64,000 bases of DNA from Mobula hypostoma (Eukaryota), in NCBI RefSeq assembly GCF_963921235.1, contig NC_086108.1, positions 113,958,001 to 114,022,000 on the forward strand. The letters run 5' to 3'. The notes under the pieces are model-generated. The model worked only from the letters and a program-made list of their open reading frames with translations. It was not told where the DNA came from and searched no databases. Made by a program: the position numbers and the translations under genes. This document shows positions 14,110 through 27,206 of the stretch, piece by piece; the first letter of the stretch is position 1, and each line of letters opens with the position of its first letter.

Positions 14110-17100
14110 CAGTGGTCCCCAATCACCAGGCCACAAAGCATGTGCTACCGGGCCGCGAGGAAACGATATGATTTGGTGATATGAAACAATATGAGTCAGC
14201 TGCACCTTTCCTCATTCCCTATCACGCCCACTGTTGAACTTGAACCCACGCGAGGTCATCAATCCGTCATTAACCTACAACTACTCGATGAGTAAAAAAA
14301 CAAACGTTGCTTGAGAGTTTCTTTGGAAGAGGTGGTAGGGGACATAAAAGGCCTAACGATGAAGATAATGCAGAGACAGCTGAGGCCGAGACTGCAAAAA
14401 GAAAGCAAGCTTCCTTCAACAGAAAATACGATGAGTTGCACATAAAATATGGCTTTATTGCGACTGATGTCTCGCACGCTCCAAGCCCCGTGTGGATTAT
14501 GTGGAGACAAGCTGTCTAATGAGGCAATGAAGCACTCAAAACTGCTTTGGTACCTTGGATCCAAGCACCCTGCACTTAAAGACAAACCCGTTGAGTTTTT
14601 TGAGGGGAGAAAACGTGAGCAAGCGGGAGAGAAGCGAGTGCTGAGAGTCACTACCTCTACAAATGCTGCTGCTCTGATAGCGTCGTACTTAGTGGCTAGC
14701 CGTATTGCTAAGGCTAAGAAGCCTTTCACTGTTGGTGAAGAATTGATTCTGCCTGCTGCCAAGGACATGTGCCGTAAACTGTTGGGAGAAGCTGCAGCTA
14801 ACAAGGTGGTACAGGTTTCTCTTTCAGCTACCACGGTTTCAAGGAGAATTGGTGACATAGCCGAGGACATCGACGCACATTGTTGGAACGGCTTAACGAG
14901 TCACCATGGTATGCGATCCAGGTCGACGAGTCTACTGATGTCAACAACAAGGCAATACTGCTGGATTATGTGCGACATATTTCAAGACGATGTGCACGAG
15001 GATATGTTGTGTGCACTGCCGCTGCCAACTCACACAACTGGGGCAGAACTATTCAAGTCTTTGAATAGTAAATGGCAGGACACTTGGTAGTGTGGAGGAG
15101 CAGAGGGATCTGGGGGTACATGTCCACAGATCCCTGAAAGTTCCCTCACAGGTGGATAGGGTAGTTAAGAAAGCTTATAGGGTGTTAGCTTTCATAAGTC
15201 GAGGGATAGAGTTTAAGAGTCGCGAGGTAATGATGCAGTTCTATAAAACTCTGGTTAGGCCACACTTGGAGTATTGTGTCCAGTACTAGTCGCCTCACTA
15301 TAGGAAGGATGTGGAAGCATTGGAAAGGGTGCAGAGGAGATTTACCAGGATGCTGCCTGGTTTAGAGAGTATGCATTATGATCAGAGATTAAGGGAGCTA
15401 GGGCTTTACTCTTTGGAGAGAAGGAGGATGAGAGGAGACATGATAGAGGTATACAAGATATTAAGAGCAATAGATAGAGTGGATAGCCAGCGCCTCTTCC
15501 CCAGGGCACCACTGCTCAATACAAGGGGACATGGCTTTAAGGTAAGGGGTGGGAAGTTCAAGGGGGATATTAGAGGAAGGTTTTTTACTCAGAGAGTGGT
15601 TGGTGCGTGGAATGCACTGCCTGAGTCAGTGGTGGAAGCAGATACACTAGTAAAATTTAAGAGACTACTAGACAGGTATATGGAGGAATTTAAGGTGAGG
15701 GGTTATATGGGAGGCAGGGTTTGAGGGTCAGCACAACATTGTGGGCCGAAGGGCCTGTACTCTGCTGTACTAATCTATGTTATATTTAATGACAACATGT
15801 CAGGAAAACTGGACTGGTCATTCTGTGTTGGAATATGCATCGACGGGGCTGCAGCTATGACTGGATGGCTGTCTGGTTTCACTGCCTGAGTCAAAGAGGT
15901 TGCTCCTGAATGCCAGTCTACACACTGTGTCACACACTGGGAAATGCTGGCTAGCCAAAAAATGTCACCTAATTTTAACAGCGTATTGAGTGTCGTTGTT
16001 GAAGTTACCAATCACATCAAAGCAAAAGCCCTTAACTCACGTCTGTTTGAGCAACTTTGCGAGGAAATGGATGCAGAGCACAAACGCCTTCTCTTACACA
16101 CTGAAGTCAGGTGGCTATCAAGGGGGAGAGCCCTGGCCAGGGTTTTTGAGTTAAGAGAGCAGCTACAGAGATTTCTTTCAGGAAAAAAAGTCACCAGTGG
16201 CAGCACACTTCAGTGAAGAGGAGTGGAAAGCAAAACTCGCTTATCTGTGTGACATCTTCAACCTGCTCAATGAACTCCATTTGTCACTTCAGGGGAGAAT
16301 GACAACTGTCTTCAAGTTGGCAGATAAAGTGTCTGCTTTCAAAGCCAAACTGGAACTGTGGGGACGGCCAGTGGACAGGGGCATATTTGACATGTTCCCA
16401 ACATTAGCTGGGATTTTGGGACTGAGGCTGCACCGTCCTTCTCACAGCTGGCGTGCGATCACCTATCTTTGCTGTCGACAGAATTCAAGTGTTACTTCCC
16501 AACCACAAATGACCCAAGACATGCAAACAAATAGGTCCGTGACCTATTTGTAAATGTCCCCGGTGAATCATCCATGTCACCGCGGGAAGAAGATCAACTC
16601 CTCGAGCTTGCAAATGACAGTGGGCTGAAAAGTATGTTTGACATAACATCTCTGCCCGCATTCTGGATCAAAGTCAAGGCTGAATATCCTGAGATAGCCA
16701 CAAAAGCCCTGAAAACGTTGCTTCCATTTCCAACATCCTATCTCTGCGAAGCAGAGTTCTCTGCAATGAATGCAACGAAAACTAAACTGCGGAATAGACT
16801 GGACATGAGGAACTCCCTTCGAGTATCGTTGTCTCCCATCACCCCTCGATGGGACCGTCTTGTTGCAGGGAAACAAGCCCAGGGCTCCCACTGATCAGCA
16901 ATACTGGTGTGTTGCAATGATTTTATATGTTCATACGAGGAAAATATGTGCTGTGTGTTTAATATCCAAACGTTACTTAAAATGTTATGATGCTATTGAC
17001 TTGTAAGTTACTTGTAATTGACTTATCAGTATATTCATGCAAGGAAAATATGCGCTGTGTGTTTAATATTAAATTCTTTAGATAAACCTTATGTGCATTA

Positions 17101-17254
17101 GCCACTTATAAGTGACTTATAGTTGACTTATCGCCTATATAAGTCAACTATAAGTTGACCCCACCTCCCCCACCCCGCCTCCCCGTCAGCCGGTCCGCAA
17201 GAATATTGTCAATATTAAACCAGTCCGCAGTGCAAAAAAGTTTGGGGACCCCTG
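14110..17254 (+). mobile_element. Full-length hAT DNA transposon, Charlie/Buster type (Charlie3/MER1-like termini), transposase pseudogenised
   Basis: TIRs CAGTGGTCCCCAA / TTGGGGACCCCTG. Perfect 8-bp TSD CTTTAAAG (14102-14109, 17255-17262). Fragmented transposase ~14288-16894 (QVDESTD, HTEVRWLSRG, PFPTSYLCEAEFS). Confidence 0.93.
15068..15787 (+). mobile_element. Young 5'-truncated CR1 inserted into the hAT transposase
   Basis: ORFs 15092..15289 and 15311..15724. The transposase reads ...ELFKSLN|DNMSGKLDW across the insertion. Near-identical copy at ~28078-28535. Confidence 0.9.
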
Positions 17255-18064
17255 CTTTAAAGTGGGAACATTTGTTGTGGGAACATTTCAATGATTACCA
17301 AGACAAGACACATAAGAAACTCTCTTCCATTAAAGGAAAAAACTGGATGAGTTTTATTTGTAATCTATTAACTTTGTGCTCATTTTCACCAACATTTGAT
17401 TTCCATTTACAGTGACTATGATTCAGGTTCATTTACCTTGGGGCTTTCCAGAAGTCATAAAGGCACGACAAAAAACAAACAAGTGTTTATTGGGCATTTA
17501 CCTGCAGGAAAGATAGCATTCAGCTTGAGAAGCTGGAGAGAATGTTTACGCAGATGTTGCCAGGACAGGAGGGCCTGAGCTACAGGTTAAATAGGTTGGG
17601 ACTATATTCCCTGTAGTTAGGAGAATAAGGGGAGATATGAAAGAGGTAGAAAAAATTATGAGAGATATAAATAGTGTTGGGTGGCGGTGGGGTGGAGATA
17701 GTTTCTACCAAAGCAAGCGTAAAGCACTCCTTCCCTTTGCTTGTCAGCAGGTCACCCTTGAACAAGGTGTAGCACCTTAGCCCCCTGATCAGGGTCACAT
17801 GAAGCCACGGCAGGCGTTGGAATGTCGTATGAGCAGCTGATGCATATCACAAGTCCTGGTTATGCAACCACGAATGCCAGGCAGACAATATAGAGTATTG
17901 ATAATAGCTGGGGTAGTTGTAAACACACTACCCAGAAGGTAGCAATAGCAAAGCATTTCTTTACAAAAATTTGCCAAGAACAATCATGGTCCTAAGAGTA
18001 TGATCGACCACTTCATGTGACGTGGCACAAAAAGATGATGATGATGATAGATAGATAGATAATA

Positions 18065-21000
18065 CCATGAGACATAGGAGCAGGATTAGGCCATTCAGCC
18101 CATCAAGTCTGCTCCGTCATTCCATCATGGCTGATCCCAGATCCCATACACCTGCCTTCACGCCATATCCTTTCATGCCCTGACCAACCAGGAAACCATC
18201 AACTTCCACCTTAAATATATCCACGGACTTGACCTCCACAGATTCACTGCACTCTAGCTAAAAAAAAATTCCTTCCTACCTCTGTTCTAAAAGGTTGCCC
18301 CCCTCAATTCTGAGGCTGTACCCTCTAGTTCTGGATACCCCCACCATTGTCCTTTCAACATTAGGTAGGTTTCAATGAGATCCACATGCCTTCTTCTAAA
18401 TTCCAGTGAGTACAGACCCAAAGCTGCCAAATGCTCCTCATATGTTAACCCCTTCATTCCCAGAATCACCCTTGTTAACTTCTTCTGAGATCCTTTCTGA
18501 GATATGGGACCCAAAACAGTTGGCAAAACTCCAAATGTGGCCTGACTAGTGTCTTATAAAAGCTCAGCATTATCTCCTTGCTTTTATATTCTATTCTCCT
18601 AAAAATAAATGCCAACATTGTATACCACAGACTCGACCTGTAAATTAATCTTCTGGAAGTCTTGCACGAGGACTCCTAAGTTCCTCTGCACCTCTGATCT
18701 CGAACCATCCCCTACTTAGATAATAGTCTGCACTATTGTTCCTTTTACCAAAATGCATTATCATATATTTCCTAACACTGTCTTCCATTACCCATTTTTT
18801 TGCCCACTCTTCCAATTTGTCTAAGTCCTGCTGCAAACGCATTGTTTCCTTAGCACTAGCTATCCATCCACCTACCTTTGTATCATCTGCAAACTTTGCC
18901 ACAAAGCGATCAATTCCAATATCCAAATCACTGAGAAACAATGTGAAAAGTAGCGGTCAGTATTAAGACCATAAGACATAGGAGCAGAAGTAGGCCACTT
19001 GGCCCATCGAGTCTGCTCCGCCATTCAATCATGGGCTGATCCAATTCTTCCAGTCATCCCCACTCCCCTGCCTTCTCCCTATACCCTCTAATGCCCTGGC
19101 TAATCAAGAACCTATCTATCTCTGCCTTAAATACACCCAATGACTTGGCCTCCACAGCCACTCGTGGCAACCAATTCCACAGATTTACCACCATCTGCCT
19201 AAGGTAATTTCTCCGCATCTCAGTTCCAAATGGACGTCCTTCAATCCTGAAGTCATGCCCTCTTGTCCTAGAATCACCTAACATGGGAAATAACTTTGCC
19301 ATATCTAATCTGTTCAGGCCTTTTAACATTCGAATGCTTCTATGAGATCCCCCCGTCATTCTCTTGAACTCCAGGGAACACAGCCCACGAGCAGGCAGAA
19401 AATGGTTCGGCAGAGCCAAGAAGGGCCAAAAGGCCTGTTTCTGTGCTGTAGTTTCTATGGTTTCTATGGAGCTGCCAGATATTCCTCATACAGTAACCCT
19501 TTCATTCCTGGAATCATTCTTGTGAATCTTCTCTGAACCCTCTCCAACGTCAGTATATCCTTTCTAAAATAACCTCTGTAACCTCATCCCTAACAATCAA
19601 TTCCAACAACTTCCCAACCACTAATGTCAGGCTAACAGGTCTATAATTTCCTTTCTGCTGCCTTCCACCCTTCTTAAATAGTGGAGTAACATTTGCAATT
19701 TTCCAGTCATCCGGTACAATGCCAGACTCTATTGATTCTTGAAAGATCATGGTTAATGTCTCCGCAATCTCTCCAGCTACTTCCTTCAGAACCCAAGGGT
19801 GCATTCCATCAGGTCCAGGAGATTTATCCACTCTCAGACAATTAAGCTTCCTGAGCACCTTCTCAGTCATAATTTTCACTGCACAAACTTCACTTCCTTG
19901 ACACTCTTGAATGTCCGGTATACAGCAGACGTCTTCCACTGTGAAGACTGATGCAAAATACACATTCAGTTCCTCTGCCATCTCTCATTACAATATCTTC
20001 AGCATCATTTTGTATTGGTCCTATATCTACCCTCGACTCTCTTTTACCCTTTATATACGTAAAAAAAACTTCTAGTATCTTCTTGGATATTAGTCGCCAG
20101 CTTCCTTTCATAATTCATCTTTTCCTTCCTAATGACCTTCTTTGTTTCCTTCTGCAAGTTTTTAAAAGCTCCCCAATCCTCTATCTTCCCACTAGCTCTG
20201 GCTTCCTTGTATGTCCTCTCTTTTGCTTTTACTTTGGCTCTGACTTCACTTGCCAACCATAGTTGTGTCCTTCTTCCCTTTGAAAATGTCTTCTTATTTG
20301 GAATATATCTGTCTTGCACTTTCCTCATTTTTTGCAGAAACTCCAGCCATTGCTGCTCTGCTGTCCTTCCTGCAAATGTCCCTTTCCAGTCACCTTCAGC
20401 CAGTTCCCCTCTCATGCCATTGTAATTTACTTTATTCTACTGAAATAGCGACACATTGGATTTTATTTTTCCCCCCCAAATTTCAATGTGAACTCGATCA
20501 TATTGTGGTCACTGTTCCCTAAGTGTTTCTTACCCTTAAGCTCTCTTATCACCTCCGGATCATTGCACAACACCCAATCCAGCTCAGCCAATCCCCTAGT
20601 GGGCTTAACAACAAGCTGCTCTAAAAAGCCATCCCTTAGATAATCTACAGATTCTCTCTCGAGGTCCTGTACTGACCTGGTTTTCCCAATCCACTTTCAT
20701 GTTAAAATCCCCAACGATTATCATGACATTGCCTGTCTGATACCTCTTTTCTATCTCCTGCTGTAATTTGTAATCCACATCCCGGCTGCTGTTTGGAGGC
20801 CTGTATACAACTGCCATTAGGGTCCTTTTACCCTTGCCATTTCTTAACAACCCATAGAGAGTCTACACCTTCCAATCCTATGTCATCTCCTTCCAGTGAT
20901 TTAATATTATTTCTTATACACAGAGCCACACCACCCACTCTGCCTACTAACCTATCTTTCCAATACACTGTATATTCTTGGATGTTCAGCTTCCAATGGC

Positions 21001-23230
21001 AGTCATCCTTTAGCCAAGTTTCAGAGATGGCCACTACGTCATACTTACCAATCTGTAGCTGAATTTCAAGATTGTCCATTTTATTCCTTATGCTGTGTGC
21101 ATTCAAATATAACACTTTCAGTCCAGTATTTGTTGCTTTCTGTTTTAACTGCACCACGCCTCTATTGCCTTGTAACTCATGCCACTGGCTTTGATTAAGC
21201 CTCATCTCCTGCCTGTTCTTTCTATAATCTCTGTTGCACGGTATCTTTGATTTATTTCTGTTTTCCCCTTCCTCAACCCTATCACTCCGGTTTCCATCCC
21301 CCTGCCAAATTAGTTTAAACCCTCCCTAACAGCTTTATTAAATGTGCCTGCTAGGGTTCAGGTGTAAACCGTCCTTTTTGTACAGGTCGTATCTCCCCCA
21401 GAAGAGGCCCCAGTGATCCAGGAATCTGAAGCCCTGCCCCCTACACCAGTCTCTCAGCCACACATTAACATGCCTGATCATGCTATTCTTGCACTCGTTA
21501 GCACGTGACACAGGCAATCCTGAGATTGCTATCCTAGAAGTCCTGCTTTTCAGACCTGCTCCCTTTTACTACTCTGTTCCCTTTTACTACCCAAGACTTC
21601 TGGCTGTTCACCCTCTCCCTTCAGAATACTCCGCACCTGATCTGAGACATCCTGTACCCTGGCACCTGGGAGGCAACACATCATGCAGGTATCTCTATCA
21701 GGCTGACAGAACCTCCTGTCTGTTCCCCACACTATGCAATCCCCATGACTACCGCATTCCTCATCTTCCTCTTTCCCTTCTGCACCACAGAACCAGGCTC
21801 AGTGCCAGACACCCAATCGCTGTGGTATCATCTGTCAGGTCATCCCCCTCAACCGCATCCAAAACAAGATAACGATTACTGAGGGGGATGGCCACAGGGG
21901 TGCTCTCTTCTATCTGAGCTCTTGCCTTCCCTTCCCTGACCGTCACCCACTTATCTAACTCCTGCTGCCTCGGGGTGACTAACTCCCTGTAGCTCCTCTC
22001 TATCTCCTATTCACTCTCCTTAATAAGCTGTAAGTCATCGAGCCACAGCTCCAGATCCCTAACTCAGTCTCTCAGGAGCTGCACCTGGCGCAGATATGGC
22101 CATCTGGGAGACTGGAAGATTCCCAGGATTCCCACATCCGACACCCAGAGCAAAATACTAACCCTACCGACATGCTCTATATTCCTCAAAAAAATGCAAA
22201 GAAAAACCAAAAATGAAGTCCACCTAACCACTTACCTTGCCAAAGCCCGCTTTCGCCGAAGCCTGAATGAGCCAAGTCCTGTCGCTTCTACTCTCGCTAT
22301 TGGCCTACTCCTGTTACGATTTCGTAATGTACCAGCAGCAAGAGATGACAAATTGAGTCAGGTTTTAATAATAAAACCACTATATTTATTTACATCTACT
22401 CAAAAATATATAAAATTAAATAAACTACTTTCTTAAACAGAAGTTAACAGTGTTATGCGTCTATAGCTCCCAAACAGTCAAACTTAGAACCCGTTCTTAA
22501 CAAATCCTACTCAAGCACAGTCTTAAAGTGGCAGTTCAGAGAGTCCCAGTAATTCACGAAATAGGTGAGAGGAGAGACTTGCGGATTCACAATGCAGCAA
22601 CGGGGCGATCACGATGAATTCCAAAGATTCCATGGCTAGCGAACAAAGATCCCAGCCGAGGAATACTGTTCCGAAGTCCACGAAGAGTGATTTCACAAAG
22701 TGATTGTCATGAAATCCACACCCATGGATCATACGAAGGACAGACACGTCTCCACAATGCAGTGTGCCGCTGATTAACCTAATCTTTTAGGTATGGGTAA
22801 GCATTAGACTTCACCCTTCTCAATCATGAGCTGTTCCTGGATAGCTCAAAGCCTGCAATCTTCACTGTCTCTCTCCTTCGACTATGCCCACATTTCTTTT
22901 ATACCGTCGGCATACGTCATAAGGTAACACTCACAGAAACGAAACTGTGGACTCCCAGTAAAACAAAACTGGGGACACATGACGCCCACAGTAAACGAAA
23001 CTACGGACACCCAGGAAAACGGAACTGTGGACACGTAACATTCCCGACAATGGCCGCTCTGCTTGTCCCTTCTGTACTTTTACTTAGTTTGTCGAACTCA
23101 GTTGCTGCTGTTGGTCAGCCCCACCCAATGGACTAACACCCATGAAGCTCTCATTTTAAATAACCGCCTCTGACCTGTGAGAAGCACTCCTTTGTCCAGC
23201 TCAGTTGCCGCCGCTGATCGGCCCCACACC
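18065..23230 (-). mobile_element. Composite decayed CR1 LINE region (5' UTR, ORF1 remnants, endonuclease, partial RT, 3' end) with nested insertions
   Basis: ORFs 20828..21205 (LYLNAHSI, YDVVAISETW), 20605..20850 (YRPP, GDFN), 19550..19981 (KSPGPDG, NYRPVSL) and 18645..18941 (KFADDTK). A second CR1 3' end is nested at ~18965-19500. Confidence 0.85.
22312..23040 (-). mobile_element. Solo LTR (729 bp), probably Gypsy-type
   Basis: TGTTACG...CGTAACA termini. Flanks CTCC / TTCC (4-bp TSD with one mismatch). AATAAA on the minus strand near 22385. Confidence 0.75.
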
Positions 23231-23239
23231 ACTAGGTAC

Positions 23240-24115
23240 TTGGCAGCCAACCAGAAAAGGCCCCTTCCATTCCCACTCGCTGACTCCTGCCTGTCAGTTT
23301 TTCCTCTATCTATTCCAGTATCTTTCCTGAAATCCCATAGGATTTTATCATGTTAAGCAGCCTCATGTGTGGCACCTTATCAAATGCTTTCTGAAAATCC
23401 AAGTAAGAGACATTCACTGCCTCTCCTCTGCCCACTCTGCTTATAATTGCCTCGAAGAACTCTATCGGACTTTGACTTATTTTATCATTGGGTCTCCAAG
23501 TATGCTGACACCTCATCCTTAATGACAGACTACTACACTTTCCCAACCACTAAAGTTAGGCTATTTTTTAGATTAAAGTCTATCACGAGCCTTGTGGCCC
23601 ATCAGGCAAGTGCTTATGCCGGTTAAGTTAAGTTAGGCTAACTGGTCTATAATTTCCTTTCTTTTGCCTTTCTCCCTTCTTAAAGAGTGGAGTGACAATG
23701 GCAATCTTCCAGTCCTCTGGGACTATGTCAGAATCAAGTGATTCTTAAAAGATCATGACCAATGCATCTGTTATCTCTTCAGCAACCTCTCTCAGAACTC
23801 TTAAGATATAGTCCATTTGGTCCAGGTGACATCCATTTCAAGACGTTTGAGCTTCCTTTGTAATAGTAATGGCACTCACTCCTGCTCCCTGACAGTCACG
23901 GACCTCTGGCACACTGCTAATGTCTTCCACAGTGAAGACAGATGCAAAGTACCCATTAAGTTCATCTGCCTTTTCTTTGTCCCTGCCCCCTCACCAGCAT
24001 CATTTTCCAGTGGTTCAATATTAACTCTCACCACTCTCTTACTCTTTGTATAACTGAAAAAATGTTTTGTATCCTGCTTTATATTATTGGCCAGTTTGCC
24101 CTCATATTTCATCTT
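23240..24115 (-). mobile_element. Older CR1 RT fragment
   Basis: ORF 23310..23546 ([13 protein letters not shown]) and ORF 23876..24112. Confidence 0.8.
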
Positions 24116-26061
24116 TTACATTGGGGTAAATGTAAGCAGGCTTTTTCCACTGAGCTTGGGTGACAGTAGAACTGGAGGTTATGGATTAAGGTTGAAAGGT
24201 GAAATATCCAAGGGGAACCTGAAGAGGAATGTCTTCACTCAGACTGTGATGAGTGTGAAATGAGCTGCCGGCAATGTGGTGGATGCAGTTTCAATTATAA
24301 CATTAAAGAAGTTTGGATAGGTAAATAGACAGGAGAAGCATGGAGGGCTACGGTCTGAATGCAGGTGGATAGAACAAAGCAGCAAACTAGGCTAGCACAG
24401 ACTAGATGGCCCAAAGAACCTGATTCCAGCTCCAACAACATTAAGTTAAAATCACACGCAGCCAAGATGAACAGAACTGAAATAACCTGCAGAAAGTTGT
24501 GAACTCAGTCAGCTCCAGCATGGACATTAGCCTCCTCAGCATACAGGACATTTTCAAGGAGAGATGCTTCAAAAAGGTGGTATCCATCATTAAGGACCCC
24601 CATCACTAAGGTCCTGCCTCTTCTCATAGCTACCATCAGGGAGGAGGGTGAGAGCCCTAAGGCACACACTCAACGATTCAGGAAGAGCTTCTTCCCCTCT
24701 GTCATCAGATTTCTGAATGGACATTGAACTCGAACAATATCTCACTAATTTTCTTCCCCTCTTTTTGCATGACTTATTTATTTTTTTATATATATTCTTC
24801 TTACTATAACTTGCAATGTACTGCTGCTACAAAACAACAAATACACGACATACATATTAAACCTGATTCTGACTTAACTTGAGCTTGCATTCTCTGGATT
24901 TAGTGTAGGTATTATTAGTGTTAGTGTAGTAATAGGAGGACTAAAGTACTTTACCATATCACACACTTCTCACAGTGGCTCGAGATAAAACAACAAAATT
25001 CACAAAGGTGAGATTCATAAATAAACATTCAGAAGCAGAGAGTTTATCTGTCCACAACCATTGCCTGGAGTTGAGTGCATGCAGCATTTGCCATTTTAAA
25101 AAGTCCTAGACTTGCTGCCTTCCAATGTCACCAAATTTTAATGCATAGTCACCAACTTTGTGATGAATTTTTAGAGCATATATTTTCTTGGATGTTATTA
25201 TCTCTGATTTTGTGCAGGGTGGGATTAGGTTGATCTCTTGCAGGCTACAGGGTTGGCACAACATTGTGAGCAGCAGGACCTGTACTGTTCGATGTCCTAT
25301 CCCTAGTCTCAAAATGAGTGGGCTCATTTCGGAAGCCCTGAAGTTACATCTGGAGCAGAAAGCATGCCATTTTTCCGAACCCCTAAAGGGCGACTGCACT
25401 AATTTACTGTTACACCATACAGCCTGGTATTGGAAGCCTCCAGATCAATAGTTCAAGAATCTGGAAATGTCAACAGTTAATTCGTGATTCATGCACAAGA
25501 TATTCACAACCAGCAACACTGATCTTTCCGAAATTCAAAGGTTATGATATAACCACAAATGAGGAACAATACTTGTGGAGTTGAAGAAATCAGCTCTCAC
25601 GTTGAAAGGCAGTAGCATTATGAAGTGAAACTTTATTTTTGTTCCTTTAGTGGCAGTTATATTGAATATAGTGCCAATATCCCTGCTAAATAGGCTAATC
25701 CAGGGCATTTATATATTGACCCTGTAAAAACCCAGAACTACAGAAATGCCGATGGAAGCTCCAAAGCTCTCATCCCTGGGAGAGGAAGGAACTTTGAAAA
25801 TGGGCTTCAATTTGAAAACCTGACCTAAGCCAGGGGGCTCTGGCGAGCTACTGTCGGCGACCTCTGCCCCTGCAGGAATGATGGGCTTAAGGAGAAGAAG
25901 AAGAACAAGCAGAGAGGGCACCAAAGGTTAGGGGAGAAGGCAGAAGAATGGGGTTGAGAAGGACAATAAATCAACTTTGATGGAATGGAAGCAGACTTGA
26001 TGGGCCAAGTGGCCAAATGTTCCTCTGTCTTATAGTCTTAATCACACAATAAGTTACAGAA

Positions 26062-26193
26062 GGATGAGTAACCCAGCTGGTGCATCTCCCCAGAGAACTT
26101 TCTACTGGTCTATACCACTCCAGTATGAATAATCCAACTGGTCCATCTCTCCAGAGACCTTTCTATTGGTCTATACCACTCTAAGATGAGTAA
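26062..26193. repeat. 61-bp tandem repeat, ~2 units
   Basis: Unit approximately GATGAGTAATCCAGCTGGTCCATCTCCCCAGAGACCTTTCTACTGGTCTATACCACTCCAG. Confidence 0.85.
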
Positions 26194-26850
26194 ATGAATC
26201 GAATGACTTTTTGATCGTAATTGTGATGCGAGGTAATTAATTCTACTCCCCCTGGAGCGTAGGAGAATGAGGGAAGATTTGACAGAAGTATACAGAATTA
26301 TGAGGAGTAGAGATGGAGTCAGAGAAGTACAGCAAAGAAACAGGCCCTTCGGCCCATCTAGTCAATGTCGAAATCATTTAAGCTGCCTACTCCTATCGAC
26401 CTGCACCAGGACCAGAGCCCTCCAGATTCCAAACTTCTCTTAGATAGGGCAAATGCAAGCAGGCATTTTCCACTGAGGTTGGGTAAGGCAAGAACAAGAG
26501 ATCATGGATTAAGAGTGAAAGGTAAAATGCTTAAGGGGAACCTGAGAAGGGGTTTCTTCACTCGGAGGGTGATGAGATTGTGGAATAAGCTGCCAGCAGA
26601 AGTGCTGGATACAGGTTCAATGTCAATATTTAAGAGTTTGAAGAGGTACATGGATGGAAGGGGTATGGTGCAGTATGGTCCAGGTGCAAGTTGATGAGGC
26701 TACGCAGATTAATAACTCAGCAAGGACTAGATGGGCCAAAGGGCCCGCGTCTGTGCTGTAGAGCTCAGTGACTTTGAGGTTAAAACAGAACACTGACTGA
26801 CTAGCAGCTGAATGGACATACCCAATGACAATGTCAGGAAATGTACTTAC

Positions 26851-26956
26851 CCCATTTATCACCAGCAAAAGAACCATCATCTTGTTGCAGGCCTTGAACA
26901 TATTCAACCACTTTATCAACATCAATAACATGTAGACTATCATAGAGGGAAAGGAT
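26851..26956 (-). CDS. RABGGTB: RABGGTB coding exon 4, 106 nt, [35 protein letters not shown](G)
   Basis: tttttacccag|ATCCTT...AAATGGG|gtaagt. Continues the exon 3 frame and ends in phase 1. Confidence 0.96.
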
Positions 26957-27019
26957 CTGGGTAAAAAGCACATAATATCACACACTTACAGCATCACAAG
27001 AAAAAAAATCACAATGTAG

Positions 27020-27206
27020 AGGCCTTTCTACTGTCTATACCACTCCAGTATGAATACTCCAACTGATCCATCTCTCCAGAGAAATTTCTACTGGTCTATA
27101 CCACTCTGCAGATGAGTAATCCAGCTGCTTTGTCTCCCCAGAGACCTTTCTACTGGTCTATATCACTCTAGGATGAATAATCCATCTGGTTTGTCTTCCC
27201 AAAGTC
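27020..27206. repeat. 61-bp tandem repeat, ~3 units, same family as 26062-26193
   Basis: TTTCTACTGGTCTATACCACTC recurs with ~61-bp spacing. Confidence 0.85.

Noticed and set aside
14449..16894. Domesticated ZBED/SCAND3-like gene
   Set aside because: Multiple frameshifts and stops, a CR1 insertion, and intact TIRs and TSD show a decayed transposon.
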